Source: Candidatus Altiarchaeota archaeon
GTDB lineage: Archaea; Altiarchaeota; Altiarchaeia; IMC4; SCGC-AAA252-I15
Reading direction: 5' to 3'
NCBI GenBank assembly: GCA_043813075.1
Contig: JBDRLL010000010.1
Coordinates: 96,001 to 160,000, forward strand
Length of the DNA stretch: 64,000 nt
Below are positions 1 through 9,295 of the stretch, in pieces. Within the stretch, counting starts at the first letter, position 1. Each line of letters opens with the position of its first letter. Under the pieces are notes generated by a model. That model was not told where the DNA came from, ran no database searches, and was given only the letters and a program-made list of their open reading frames with translations. A program made the position numbers and the translations under genes.

Positions 1-848
1 GTTATCATGTTGGCGCTCGGCGTGACTATCACGTTCATGCCAGCCTCCTTCACCAGTCTTATGGTCTCGCCCGCTATACCGTCGTCCACTGCTGAAAGGG
101 ATATGCAGTGGGTTGCTGAAACCCTCCCCTGCCATTTATTCTCAATCGTCTTCTCAGCAAGCAATGGCAGCATGAAGTCCTGCGGGTTGTTGGACTCGTC
201 GACTTGGACCTCCAGGTCGCAGCCGTGCCTAACCGCGATTTCGAACAAAACATCCAGGTGCTGCTCCTGCTCCTCCCTCGTCTTCTCCACCAGCGGGAGG
301 CCTCCCATCAAGTCTGCTCCTGATTCGAGGGCCTGGTTGATGAGGTCCTCGCACCCCTTCTTCAAAACCCCCTCCTGCGGGAAGGCGCACAACTGTATTC
401 TAACCGTGTTCTTGAACTCCTCCTTAAGTCTGGTGAGGGCTTCAACACCCTTAAGGCCTGCCGTCGTGTCTACGTCCACCTGCGTCCTTATGGCGGTAGT
501 CCCCTGGACCACCATCTCCCCCACTATTTTCCCCGCCCTTCCCATCACTTCGTTGACGGTGTAATCCCTCTTGAACTTCTTAAGCAGCTCCCTGTTCTCC
601 TCCAGGCTCTTCCCGAAGTCCCCCGGCTTCATGCGGGAGAGCAGTCCCGCCTTGTCCAGGTGGGTGTGGATGTTCACGAACCCTGGGACAGTCATCATGC
701 CGGCCGCGTCTATGCTCCGCGTGCGGTCTGACGCCTTGCCTACCGCGCGTATAAGCCCGTCTTTTATGCAGATGTCTGATGTTTTTAAAGAACCAGGTGT
801 ATTTGCGTCTAGTATCGCCAGATCTAGGACCTTACCCTCAACCACCAT
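1..848 (-). CDS. Amidohydrolase, cytosine/creatinine deaminase-like (3' end runs off the window)
   Basis: Manual minus-strand translation from ATG at 848: MVVEGKVLDLAILDA...IDAAGMMTVPGFVNIHTHLDKAG, with the HxHLDK metal motif of the CodA family. Absent from the ORF track because it has no stop in the window. Confidence 0.85.
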   Translation of the reverse strand, partial: MVVEGKVLDLAILDANTPGSLKTSDICIKDGLIRAVGKASDRTRSIDAAGMMTVPGFVNIHTHLDKAGLLSRMKPGDFGKSLEENRELLKKFKRDYTVNEVMGRAGKIVGEMVVQGTTAIRTQVDVDTTAGLKGVEALTRLKEEFKNTVRIQLCAFPQEGVLKKGCEDLINQALESGADLMGGLPLVEKTREEQEQHLDVLFEIAVRHGCDLEVQVDESNNPQDFMLPLLAEKTIENKWQGRVSATHCISLSAVDDGIAGETIRLVKEAGMNVIVTPSANMI

Positions 849-923
849 CCTAGGTAATGTATTGGACAGACTTCATATAAATAGATTCATACATCAATTA
901 TGATATCATAGTCGGGTGCTGGA

Positions 924-1895
924 ATGGTTTTGATAAGGCTTATGGCGTTAACCGCCCTGATGTTGGCGGTTTCCGGGTGCATGTGCTGTGAGACGTTCAC
1001 TGGAGGAGGTTCCACCACAACCACCATGGAGGAGCCCTACTGCTCGGACCCCTACATACTCGTCGGCAGGCGGTGCTGTCTGGACGTTGACAGGAACATG
1101 GTGTGCGACTCCGACGAGCAGACAACAACGACGGTCAAGGCTACGACCACAGTCAAGGTGACTACCACTGTGAAGGCGGTCCAGCCTACTGTGACTCTGC
1201 CGCCACAGCCCCAGCAGACTTCCACTACGCTGGCGCCAGCCACGACTTCCGCGCCCTCATGCACCGACGGCGTGAAGAACCAGAATGAGGAGTACGCGGA
1301 CTGCGGGGGCGTCTGCGTGCAGGCTTGCGAGGTAATGTCCCTCTCAAGCAGCTGGAAGGATTTCACCAGATTCAACATAACATACAGGTTCCGGCTGGAC
1401 GACGTCAAAGTCGGCGACAAGCAGACCGACTACTACATCCAGGTCAAGACCAATGACGGCATGACCGCTGAAGACTTGTACTTGAATACGGGCGAGAGCT
1501 TCGTCGACCACCTCCGCTTCAAGGTGGTGAACTATCCTGACGCGTCGCCGAAGATAGCCGTCCGCCTCAACATCGAGGACTTGTCTGCGATGCCAAGCGA
1601 CGCTACAATGCTGACTATAGGCGGCACTGGCTGTCCGACATACCTGTCCCCCAACGTGCCCTCCAAGCCCGAGGACCTGTGCTGCAGGAACTACAACGGC
1701 TACGACATCTGCCTCCGTTCGAGGTCTGAGAAGAAGGTGTTCGTCCAGGACCCTGACGGACTCAAGTACACTGGCACAGAACTGGCTGACAAACAGTACC
1801 GCTACTTCGGAAACCTCCAGTTGAGCGGCCTTTTTGACAGGGAGCATTTCATTAACGGCGGCTACATCCTGATATACGCGAGAATGAAGGGGTAG
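924..1895 (+). CDS. Exported Thr-rich/Cys-rich surface (lipo)protein
   Basis: Signal peptide ending AVSGC, poly-Thr linkers, CSDPYILVGRRCCLDVDRNMVCD module and SCTDGVKNQNEEYADCGGVC module. Confidence 0.75.
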   Translation: MVLIRLMALTALMLAVSGCMCCETFTGGGSTTTTMEEPYCSDPYILVGRRCCLDVDRNMVCDSDEQTTTTVKATTTVKVTTTVKAVQPTVTLPPQPQQTSTTLAPATTSAPSCTDGVKNQNEEYADCGGVCVQACEVMSLSSSWKDFTRFNITYRFRLDDVKVGDKQTDYYIQVKTNDGMTAEDLYLNTGESFVDHLRFKVVNYPDASPKIAVRLNIEDLSAMPSDATMLTIGGTGCPTYLSPNVPSKPEDLCCRNYNGYDICLRSRSEKKVFVQDPDGLKYTGTELADKQYRYFGNLQLSGLFDREHFINGGYILIYARMKG

Positions 1896-1899
1896 GTCC

Positions 1900-2232
1900 A
1901 TGCCCAAGCCTGTTCCACCCACGTTGAGGGAGCGCAACCGCTACCTGGTTTTTGAAGCCATATCCGACTCCCAGTTCGACAGGAAGGCTGTCGTCAACTC
2001 GCTGTGGAACTCCATGCTGCGCCTCTACGGGGAGGTGGGGGCTTCTGAGACCTCCATATGGATTATGGACTGGGATGAGGGCAAGTCCAGGGGCATAGTG
2101 AAGGTGAACCACAAAGCCATTGACAGGGCCAGGGCTGCGATAGGCCTGGTGGGGGATATCGGCGGTAAAAGCGTCATATTGCGGGTTATAACGGTCTCAG
2201 GCACCCTCAAGAAGGCAAGAGAAAACCTGTAA
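1900..2232 (+). CDS. rnp2: Ribonuclease P protein component 2 (Pop5/Rpp14)
   Basis: PPTLRERNRYLVFE at the N-terminus, LYGEVG, and VSGTLKKARE at the C-terminus, as in archaeal Pop5. Confidence 0.93.
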   Translation: MPKPVPPTLRERNRYLVFEAISDSQFDRKAVVNSLWNSMLRLYGEVGASETSIWIMDWDEGKSRGIVKVNHKAIDRARAAIGLVGDIGGKSVILRVITVSGTLKKARENL

Positions 2233-2260
2233 AACACAAAAATATCTTATATTATACAAA

Positions 2261-2935
2261 CTATTTTAGGTATGTCTGGTTGCACTCAGCCTCCAAAGCC
2301 CCATCCGCTATGAGCATGCACAACTGGGGGTTTATGGAACCCTCCCCTATATGCTGCAGTATGCACTCATCCTTAAGGGACACGTTCCTTATGCCCAGAC
2401 ACTCCAACGGGTTGGATTTCTTGTCCCTCAGGTAGTTGAACACACACCTGTCCTTGGTCTGCTGGTCGAATATGAGCTTGCAGTAGTCTACCCTCTTCCA
2501 CCTGAAGGCCATCATCCAGTAGCAGTAGTCCTTCTCCTCCAGCACGTCCACGCCATTGCAGAACTCCACCCGCTCCTCCACATGGGCCTTGCACTTGAGC
2601 ATAATGTTCCTCGAGGAAATCATGTCGCACAACCCAGAATCACCAGCCCTGCCGGCCAGTTCGTAGATGCAGTCATCCCTCTGCCCCACTTCAGCGAGCA
2701 TGGTGCAGTTACCAGTATCCACAAGAACAGGAGCCAGAGTCGTTTCGACATCAAAGTCCTCCAGCGTCGTGCTGGTCGAGCCAACGACAGGCGCCAGGGT
2801 TGTGGACGTGGACACGGTGGTCTCCGCAGGGCCGAGAGTGGTTGTGACCTGAACTTCATACTGCACAGTCTCCGTGCCGCCCATGCAGCCTGCCGCCAAC
2901 ACAACCAAAACCAAAAACAATACGGAATACTTCAC
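2261..2935 (-). CDS. Lipoprotein with Thr-rich stalk and Cys-rich helical repeats
   Basis: Lipobox-like LAAGC, TTTL motifs, about five C-x(9-10)-(R/K)DxC repeats (QRDDC, EKDYC, TKDRC, LKDEC). Confidence 0.75.
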   Translation of the reverse strand: MKYSVLFLVLVVLAAGCMGGTETVQYEVQVTTTLGPAETTVSTSTTLAPVVGSTSTTLEDFDVETTLAPVLVDTGNCTMLAEVGQRDDCIYELAGRAGDSGLCDMISSRNIMLKCKAHVEERVEFCNGVDVLEEKDYCYWMMAFRWKRVDYCKLIFDQQTKDRCVFNYLRDKKSNPLECLGIRNVSLKDECILQHIGEGSINPQLCMLIADGALEAECNQTYLK

Positions 2936-3079
2936 GACTATTGATTAAAGAAAACGGATTAAAAAGCACGCTAATATGGTGGGGCATCGTGTTTCAGGAT
3001 TTACCTATTTTTGGGCTGGTGTATGCGGGGTCGAAGACCCCGCCATTCGCTCCGCGTGTGAACGGAGCGAGCAGTTCAA

Positions 3080-3099
3080 TGGTCCCGTCGAGATTTGAA
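3080..3099 (-). repeat. 20-bp copy of the tRNA-Ile 3' end (att-like direct repeat)
   Basis: tggtcccgtcgagatttgaa at 3080-3099 is identical to 3311-3330. Confidence 0.9.
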
Positions 3100-3310
3100 T
3101 ATCAGAACCTACGGTTCCGATACCTCCCTGCCGACTTGCTGACGCAAGTCGGAGGCTTCGCTTGGTTCAGTTATTTCGTCAACATCATGCTGTAACCAAC
3201 CGACTCCAGTTCTTCTTTCTTTTAGTAAACGTTTCCAAATCCCCTTCGGGGATGGGCGCCAGAAAGCTCTGCTTTCTATGGGTCTTTCTTTCGTAAAGAA
3301 AGAAAAGGTT

Positions 3311-3385
3311 TGGTCCCGTCGAGATTTGAACTCGAGACCTTCCGATTATCAGTCGGACGCTCTAACCAACCTGAGCCACGGGACC
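3311..3385 (-). tRNA. tRNA-Ile (GAU)
   Basis: Reverse complement GGTCCCGTGGCTCAGGTTGGTTAGAGCGTCCGACTGATAATCGGAAGGTCTCGAGTTCAAATCTCGACGGGACCA; anticodon arm TCCGA-CT GAT AA-TCGGA; no encoded CCA. Confidence 0.96.
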
Positions 3386-3568
3386 GGATTATTCTGTTTG
3401 TCTGGTTTGTTTTTCTTCCCAAGGGGATTATCTTGGTGCATGTGCGTGCGACCGTAAGGTTGCACTCGCGGCACGCGTCAACTGAGTGAGCGGTTGATGG
3501 GATTCTATTATAATGATTATTATTAAAAAAGTGTTTTAACATGGTGTGTCTGGGGTGTTTAAGGTATG

Positions 3569-5239
3569 TTAGTACGGGTTGTTGGGTCGTACAGCCTCCC
3601 AATCTTCGTTTATATCTGCCTTGAGTTTCTCCCGGATTAGTTGGGCTTCCAGCATGGATTCTATGGCCGGGTGTTGGTTTATCACGTTGTGTTCTTCCTC
3701 AGGGTCTGCGTGCAGGTCGTAGAGTTCCTTGTATCTTGACTTGAATACTATGAGCTTCCAGTCTCCCCTGCGGATGTAGTCTCCCTTGTATGATTTACCG
3801 TATATGAATTCCCTGTCGTAGCTGCCGTTTTTTATGAGTGGCGTTAGGCTGGTGCCGGATGCGCCTTCCACCGGTTTGATTCCGAGCATGTCGTATATCG
3901 TCGGCGTCAGGTCCACAAGGGACACTGGATCCTTGATTCTTACCTGCCTTTCCACTCGCGGATGCAGTATCATCAGCGGCACGTGGATGCACGACTTGTA
4001 TGATATCCCGTGCTCGAAGTTCTTCTTGTCTGTCAAAGCCTCACCATGGTTGGAGTAGAAGACTATTATCGTGTTGTTCAGGAATTCGTTGTCAAGCAGG
4101 GTAAACAATGGCTTCAGCTCTGAGTCCACGTAACCCAGCCTGTGGCCGTAGAGTTCTCTGATGGTCTCGCGGTTTGAGTATGTGACGTTCTTTTCTTTAC
4201 CCGGCATCTCCCATACCGTGTAGAGTGCGTCGTTCTCTTCAGTCTTCTCGTATGGCCCGCCTATCACCCTCGTCTGGTATGTTATGGGTATCTCATATGT
4301 TAAGGTCATCCTCCACGGATTCTTGTTCTTCGTTTGTATGAACACGTTGATGAACGGGTCCTCGTATGCTAGGCTGTCGAAGTGCTCCCAGTATCGCATT
4401 GGATAGACGTAGGGGTAGTGCATTTCCATCTCGTGGAATAGTATGAAAAATGGACGGTCCTCCTCTCGGGCGGATCCTATCTTTTCTAATAGGATGCCTA
4501 CTGAATCGTTCATCAGCACATAGCCTTCAACCTCTGTCTGGTCTGTGAATCCCTTCTCCATGTTCGCTTCTTTCCCTGTGCTGTCCCCCTCGTTCACGTT
4601 TATGGTGGAGTATCCCTGTTTGACCAGGACTTCGGCGATGCTCTCGGATGGCGTGTACTCGTCTTTATACGTTAGGTCTGGTATGCCGAATGCCTCCTGG
4701 CTTGTCAGCACCGCCGTATTGCTTGTGTACGTCTGTCCTGCTGGTGCCTGGGCTTGCTCGAAGATTACGCTTTTCTCGAAGAACCTGTCTATGTTTGGCG
4801 TGTGGTTTCCAGCCGGGTTGAGGAGTCCAATGTAGTCTGCGCGGAGTAGGTCGATGTTGATGAAGAGGACGTTGCATCCCCTGCAGGATAGGTCCAGTCC
4901 CTGCCGGTAGTCGTCTGTCCCGTACCCTGATTTTTCAGGGGTCTCGTTGGCGTCGGCCGGTTGAATGTCATGTCCCACGTAATCCTCGGGTTGTCCGTCA
5001 GGCATGCCGTCTATGTCGTTGCATCCCTTGCACCAGAGCAGTCCGTCCCTGTATTCGTTGTCTTCCTCCAGCCAGTATCCGGAACTCTTCTCTTCATTAT
5101 CGCGTGTTTCTCCAGTTTTTACGCCTTCCCCCTGGTGTTGTGTGTCCACGCTTTTCCATGATGTGATGGTGAAGTATGCTCCGATGGTTATGATGTACAT
5201 TATCGCCGCGATTAGGATTATCCTCCCTGTTTTTATCAT
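3569..5239 (-). CDS. Membrane-anchored sulfatase-like (AlkP superfamily) protein
   Basis: N-terminal TM; NVLFINIDLLRAD; TPNID; SNHGE; HVPL; VSLVDLTPT; ELYDLHADPEE. Confidence 0.88.
   Translation of the reverse strand: MIKTGRIILIAAIMYIITIGAYFTITSWKSVDTQHQGEGVKTGETRDNEEKSSGYWLEEDNEYRDGLLWCKGCNDIDGMPDGQPEDYVGHDIQPADANETPEKSGYGTDDYRQGLDLSCRGCNVLFINIDLLRADYIGLLNPAGNHTPNIDRFFEKSVIFEQAQAPAGQTYTSNTAVLTSQEAFGIPDLTYKDEYTPSESIAEVLVKQGYSTINVNEGDSTGKEANMEKGFTDQTEVEGYVLMNDSVGILLEKIGSAREEDRPFFILFHEMEMHYPYVYPMRYWEHFDSLAYEDPFINVFIQTKNKNPWRMTLTYEIPITYQTRVIGGPYEKTEENDALYTVWEMPGKEKNVTYSNRETIRELYGHRLGYVDSELKPLFTLLDNEFLNNTIIVFYSNHGEALTDKKNFEHGISYKSCIHVPLMILHPRVERQVRIKDPVSLVDLTPTIYDMLGIKPVEGASGTSLTPLIKNGSYDREFIYGKSYKGDYIRRGDWKLIVFKSRYKELYDLHADPEEEHNVINQHPAIESMLEAQLIREKLKADINEDWEAVRPNNPY
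4736..4924. repeat. 189-bp near-identical repeat, copy 1 (copy 2 at 6373-6561)
   Basis: By-eye comparison gives about 5 mismatches in 189 bp, inside two otherwise divergent paralogs. Confidence 0.9.
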
Positions 5240-6738
5240 GTGCCTATCCCCCCCATCTCTCCCTGACTGATGGAACTCATTTTCTCCCTGCTTAGTTCAG
5301 CGTCCAGTAGTGCTGCTATCTCCTGGTGTTGGGCGATTATGTTGTACTGTTCTTTGGGGTCTGTGCGCATGTTGTACAGTTCTTTTCCTCTTTGGGTTGA
5401 GGTGATTAGCTTCCAGTCTCCGCGGAGGATGTATTCGTCCTTGTAGGACTTCCCGTATATGAATTCCCTGTCGTACTCGTCATCCTTTATCACAGATATC
5501 AAGCTGAAGCTAGAGATGTTGCCCTGGTATATTCCCAGCATTTCATAGATGGTGGGGGCCAAGTCTATGAGGGAGACGGGGCGTTTCACCCTCACCTGCT
5601 CCTTCACTTTCGGGTGTTTTATCATTAACGGCACGTGCACGCAGGACTGGTAGGAGACTCCATGCTGGAACTGCTTGTTGTCTGACAGTGATTCACCGTG
5701 GTTGGCGTACAAGACCACTATCGTGTCGTTGCCGAGTTCATCATCAATGAACTTGAGCAGCGGAGCCAGCTCCCCGTCAGTGTACTCCACCTTGAGGGAG
5801 TAATACCTGAACATTGACTCGCGGTTTCTGTACGTGAAGTTTATCCTGCGGTTGTATTCGTCCTGGAATACCACGTAAAGGATGCTGTCTTCATCGATTT
5901 TCTCTAACGGACCCTCAATCACTTTGCTGGAGTATTCCTTTGGCACGGCGAAGCCAATCCATAGTTTGTCTCTCCTGAATTCGTAGAACGTGCTTATGAA
6001 TTGGTCGTCCATGTCTATTCTTTCTAGATAGTTCCTCGGGAAGTCATAAGGGTGGTGTAGTGTGTCCGGATGGTATAGTGTAAAGAAGGGTTTTCTAGCC
6101 TCGCTCCTGATTTTTTCTATCATCAGCGCCACTGAATCGTTGGGTGGGGCGCGGTCTTCAATCTGCACGTATCCCTCGAACCCGACGTCCATCCTAGTCG
6201 CCCTGCCGGAGTAGTCTCCCTGATTGAGGTTTAGCGTATAGTATCCGCCATCCGCCAGTTTTTCCTGTATTGTGGCAGGCTGGTATTTGTAGGACGGGTC
6301 GAAGTATCTTGTCTCCAAGATATCCACCACTTCGCTAGCAGTCAATACTGCTATATTGCTGCTGTAAGTGTCTCCTGCTGGTGCCTGGGCTTGCTCGAAG
6401 ATTATGCTTTTCTCGAAGAACCTGTCTATGTTTGGCGTGTGGTTTCCAGCCGGGTTGAGGAGTCCCACCTGGTCTGCGCGGAGTAGGTCGATGTTGATGA
6501 AGAGGACGTTGCATCCCCTGCAGGATAGGTCCAGTCCCTGCCGGTAGTCGTCTGTCCCGTAATCAAGATCACCCATCCTCTTGAGGGTATCCTCCTGTGC
6601 GGCGACTACGGGGTTTCCACGGTTTTTTCCAATCGTCCCGGACCCGCCGGTTAGTATGGCTTCTATCGTGAAGTATGCTGCGAGGGTGAGTACGTACATT
6701 ACTGCCGCGATTAGGATGGTCTTCCTCGCCTTTATCAT
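5236..6738 (-). CDS. Membrane-anchored sulfatase-like protein, paralog of 3569-5239
   Basis: Same motif set (NVLFINIDLLRAD, ANHGE, ELYNMRTDPKE); its stop overlaps the next start (ATGA). Confidence 0.88.
   Translation of the reverse strand: MIKARKTILIAAVMYVLTLAAYFTIEAILTGGSGTIGKNRGNPVVAAQEDTLKRMGDLDYGTDDYRQGLDLSCRGCNVLFINIDLLRADQVGLLNPAGNHTPNIDRFFEKSIIFEQAQAPAGDTYSSNIAVLTASEVVDILETRYFDPSYKYQPATIQEKLADGGYYTLNLNQGDYSGRATRMDVGFEGYVQIEDRAPPNDSVALMIEKIRSEARKPFFTLYHPDTLHHPYDFPRNYLERIDMDDQFISTFYEFRRDKLWIGFAVPKEYSSKVIEGPLEKIDEDSILYVVFQDEYNRRINFTYRNRESMFRYYSLKVEYTDGELAPLLKFIDDELGNDTIVVLYANHGESLSDNKQFQHGVSYQSCVHVPLMIKHPKVKEQVRVKRPVSLIDLAPTIYEMLGIYQGNISSFSLISVIKDDEYDREFIYGKSYKDEYILRGDWKLITSTQRGKELYNMRTDPKEQYNIIAQHQEIAALLDAELSREKMSSISQGEMGGIGT
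6373..6561. repeat. 189-bp near-identical repeat, copy 2
   Basis: Matches 4736-4924. Confidence 0.9.
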
Positions 6739-6747
6739 ATCATATAC

Positions 6748-7302
6748 TTAGCATCGGATTTTTTTAATGAAGTCCTCTATCTCCTGCGAGTCTTTGGGCG
6801 TGAAAAAGTCTATCTCAAAGAGTGTCTTCTCTCCGGGGCAGTAGGCGAATCCGTTCATGGATCTGAATGCTATCAGGTCTTCCGAGCATGCTCCAGCAAC
6901 GTAATTCTGGTTGGCGTAGCCGATGTAGTAGCCGAGTCTCCCCCCGTCGACCTCTTTTTCACGGTACTCTGGCTTGTACTTGGTGGGGCATTCTATGCTC
7001 CTAGTCAGCTGTCCCGGATAGCCGCTTCTCCGCTCATTGAAGACGGACTCGAGCATGAGCAGGCTGTCTGAAACGTATCTGTCCGCATTCTCCTGGCTTA
7101 AGCCCCTGATGACCTTCAAGTCAACCCTCGTGCCGTTGGAATCGTGTCTGAGTACGGTTATGTCCTCTTTCTCATATGTTTTTCTGAACTTGAGGCCCCA
7201 GAAAACATCCTCTTGCGTGTGGCTGGTGTTTTTATCTTTGACGTCCAGGCATCCTGGCGTTAGCATTACCAGGATTACTATGGCGGCAATCAGTTTTTTC
7301 AT
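6748..7302 (-). CDS. Hypothetical lipoprotein
   Basis: MKK + hydrophobic stretch + LTPGC; 4-bp overlap with the upstream phosphodiesterase gene. Confidence 0.75.
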   Translation of the reverse strand: MKKLIAAIVILVMLTPGCLDVKDKNTSHTQEDVFWGLKFRKTYEKEDITVLRHDSNGTRVDLKVIRGLSQENADRYVSDSLLMLESVFNERRSGYPGQLTRSIECPTKYKPEYREKEVDGGRLGYYIGYANQNYVAGACSEDLIAFRSMNGFAYCPGEKTLFEIDFFTPKDSQEIEDFIKKIRC

Positions 7303-9260
7303 TCTAGTATCCCAGTCAGCACCCTGCCTTGAACGTGGTCAGGGATTTCCAATCCCATGCAGTGCATTATCGTCGGGAACTGGTCCACCATCTCTATCGG
7401 ATCTTCTATCCTGTTGTTCTCCTTCACTCCAGGGCCGGATATTATGAATGGAGTCCACATTGCGGGCGTTTCTCTGGCGTGTATCGCCTGCTTGTATCCT
7501 GTCTTCAGCGGGTTCTCGTCGAACACTTTCCCGTCCTCTGTTATCTCCTCGTTGAACCCGTATCCCGGAGTGTTGGCTATCACCAGGTCGCCGACCCTGT
7601 CTTCCGGGAGGTCTAGGAATTCCCTGACGTCCTCCCACCGGTAGGCCTCTATTATCTGGGAGTCCTCGTCTGACTCGTGCCTCAGGCTGGTTAGTGTGTC
7701 TACGACCTCCTGTCTTAGCTTCTCGTATTCCTCTCCTGAACCCCTCTTCCAGTTGCCTCCGAGGCCTTCGGGGTTGACGTATACGTTGTCCATCTTAAGG
7801 TATATCACTTTAGTGTTCTCCCAGTCTATCACCGGCTCACCTGTCTCAGGGTTTATCGTGTGTTTCAGCCATCCTTTCTCGGCGAACAGGTTGTTCAGCC
7901 TGACCCACCTGTCTAGGGGTGCAGCCCCGTGATCTGAACTTAGGACTATTAGCGTGTCTTCATCAGCGTTCTCCAGAGCCTTGCCCACGATGGTGTCGAG
8001 CTGCTTGTACATGTCCATCACCTCCCCCCAGAGCTCCTCCCTCTCCTCTTCTGTGACGTCGTCGTATCTCCTGCTCTTCGGGTCCACGTACCCCATCCAC
8101 CACCTGCTTGTGAGCATCTGGTTGGGGCTGTATATGTCGTGTATGAAGACATCTGGGTCATAGCGGTTGTATACGGCGTCTACAGCCCTGATGTGCCAGT
8201 CAAAGGACATGTCCATCTCGTCTATGAACGCTTTCCTGTCCTCGTCATAGTAGACTAGCTGTGGCGGGAAGTTGTCGACGAAGTCTACCATGGGCCCGAC
8301 GTCGCTAATCAGCTCGTCTGAAACCTCTGACGGCTCGACGATGTACCTGTTCAGGTTGTTGACTATGCACCTAACCCTGAAGAATCCGTCTTCCTCGAGT
8401 TTGATTACCCCTAGTTTCACGTGTGATTCGACTTCCCTGCCATTCCAGTCTAGTGTGACCGGAATCCAGTCGCTCCACTCGCCCTCCTTTAGAGTTGCCA
8501 CATCATCAGCATTGTTTTTCGAGAACTGCATCGTGTCTCCAGAGACTCGCGCATATATCCTCGCTCCGTGTGCGTCAAGCTGATAGTCCCATCCGTCGGA
8601 TCCTGTCGGCTCCACGAACCTGGTCAGCTCGTATCCCAGGTAGAAGAGTCTCGAGCCCCTGCCCATTGATTCACGACGTCCGAGAGTCTTTCTCTCGAAT
8701 ATGAGGGAATAGTAGTCTGCCCCCCATCCACCCCACCTTCCTCTTATGGTAATCCCATTCCTCTTCAGTTCAGGTGGAGTGGATCCTGGCATGGATAATA
8801 GTACGACGTCCATCCCCTCATCCTCGAGCAGCGACCATATGGCAGGCACCTTCCTTGCTGAAGAGCTGAAGCCCGCTACCGATGGCTTTGCCAGTGGCTG
8901 TCCTTCCACGTGCATTGGGCCGTCGGCCACTCCGTGTTTTTCAGGGTATGTTCCCGTCAGGAGGCTCGCGAAGTTTGTTGGCGTGTGGGATGGGAATGTG
9001 GGTATCGAGTACCCGTATGATCCCCTGTCCATGAGTTTTTTTATGTTCGGCAGCTTACCCTCTTCAGCCCACTCGTATACGTTGAATGTCTCCGGGTCTG
9101 CGCGCATGCCGTCCGGGATGAACCAGTGGAGTTTCACAGTCTTGGCGTCATGTTCCTTTAACGTGGTAGTCACTACAACGTCTTCTGCGGATTGTTTGAT
9201 GCATCCTGAGGCTATCAACAGTATGGCTACTGTTGTTAATAGAAGTCTCTGCATGTCCAT
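7299..9260 (-). CDS. Type I phosphodiesterase/nucleotide pyrophosphatase family lipoprotein (AlkP superfamily)
   Basis: IASGC lipobox; FIPDGMRAD; PTFPSHTPTNFASLLTG (Thr nucleophile); LSSDHG; PFIISGPGV; VDQFPT. Confidence 0.88.
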   Translation of the reverse strand: MDMQRLLLTTVAILLIASGCIKQSAEDVVVTTTLKEHDAKTVKLHWFIPDGMRADPETFNVYEWAEEGKLPNIKKLMDRGSYGYSIPTFPSHTPTNFASLLTGTYPEKHGVADGPMHVEGQPLAKPSVAGFSSSARKVPAIWSLLEDEGMDVVLLSMPGSTPPELKRNGITIRGRWGGWGADYYSLIFERKTLGRRESMGRGSRLFYLGYELTRFVEPTGSDGWDYQLDAHGARIYARVSGDTMQFSKNNADDVATLKEGEWSDWIPVTLDWNGREVESHVKLGVIKLEEDGFFRVRCIVNNLNRYIVEPSEVSDELISDVGPMVDFVDNFPPQLVYYDEDRKAFIDEMDMSFDWHIRAVDAVYNRYDPDVFIHDIYSPNQMLTSRWWMGYVDPKSRRYDDVTEEEREELWGEVMDMYKQLDTIVGKALENADEDTLIVLSSDHGAAPLDRWVRLNNLFAEKGWLKHTINPETGEPVIDWENTKVIYLKMDNVYVNPEGLGGNWKRGSGEEYEKLRQEVVDTLTSLRHESDEDSQIIEAYRWEDVREFLDLPEDRVGDLVIANTPGYGFNEEITEDGKVFDENPLKTGYKQAIHARETPAMWTPFIISGPGVKENNRIEDPIEMVDQFPTIMHCMGLEIPDHVQGRVLTGILE

Positions 9261-9295
9261 GGTAATCTACTGAAATAATTGGACGGTCATCGTTT

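Noticed and set aside
2941-3602. ORFs 2941-3195 and 3276-3602
   Set aside because: They overlap the tRNA and hairpin region and have no protein-like features.
4736-6561. 189-bp repeat pair as a diversity-generating retroelement TR/VR
   Set aside because: Mismatches are not adenine-specific (TAC ATT versus CAG GTG), both copies lie in 5' coding regions, and no reverse transcriptase is in the window.
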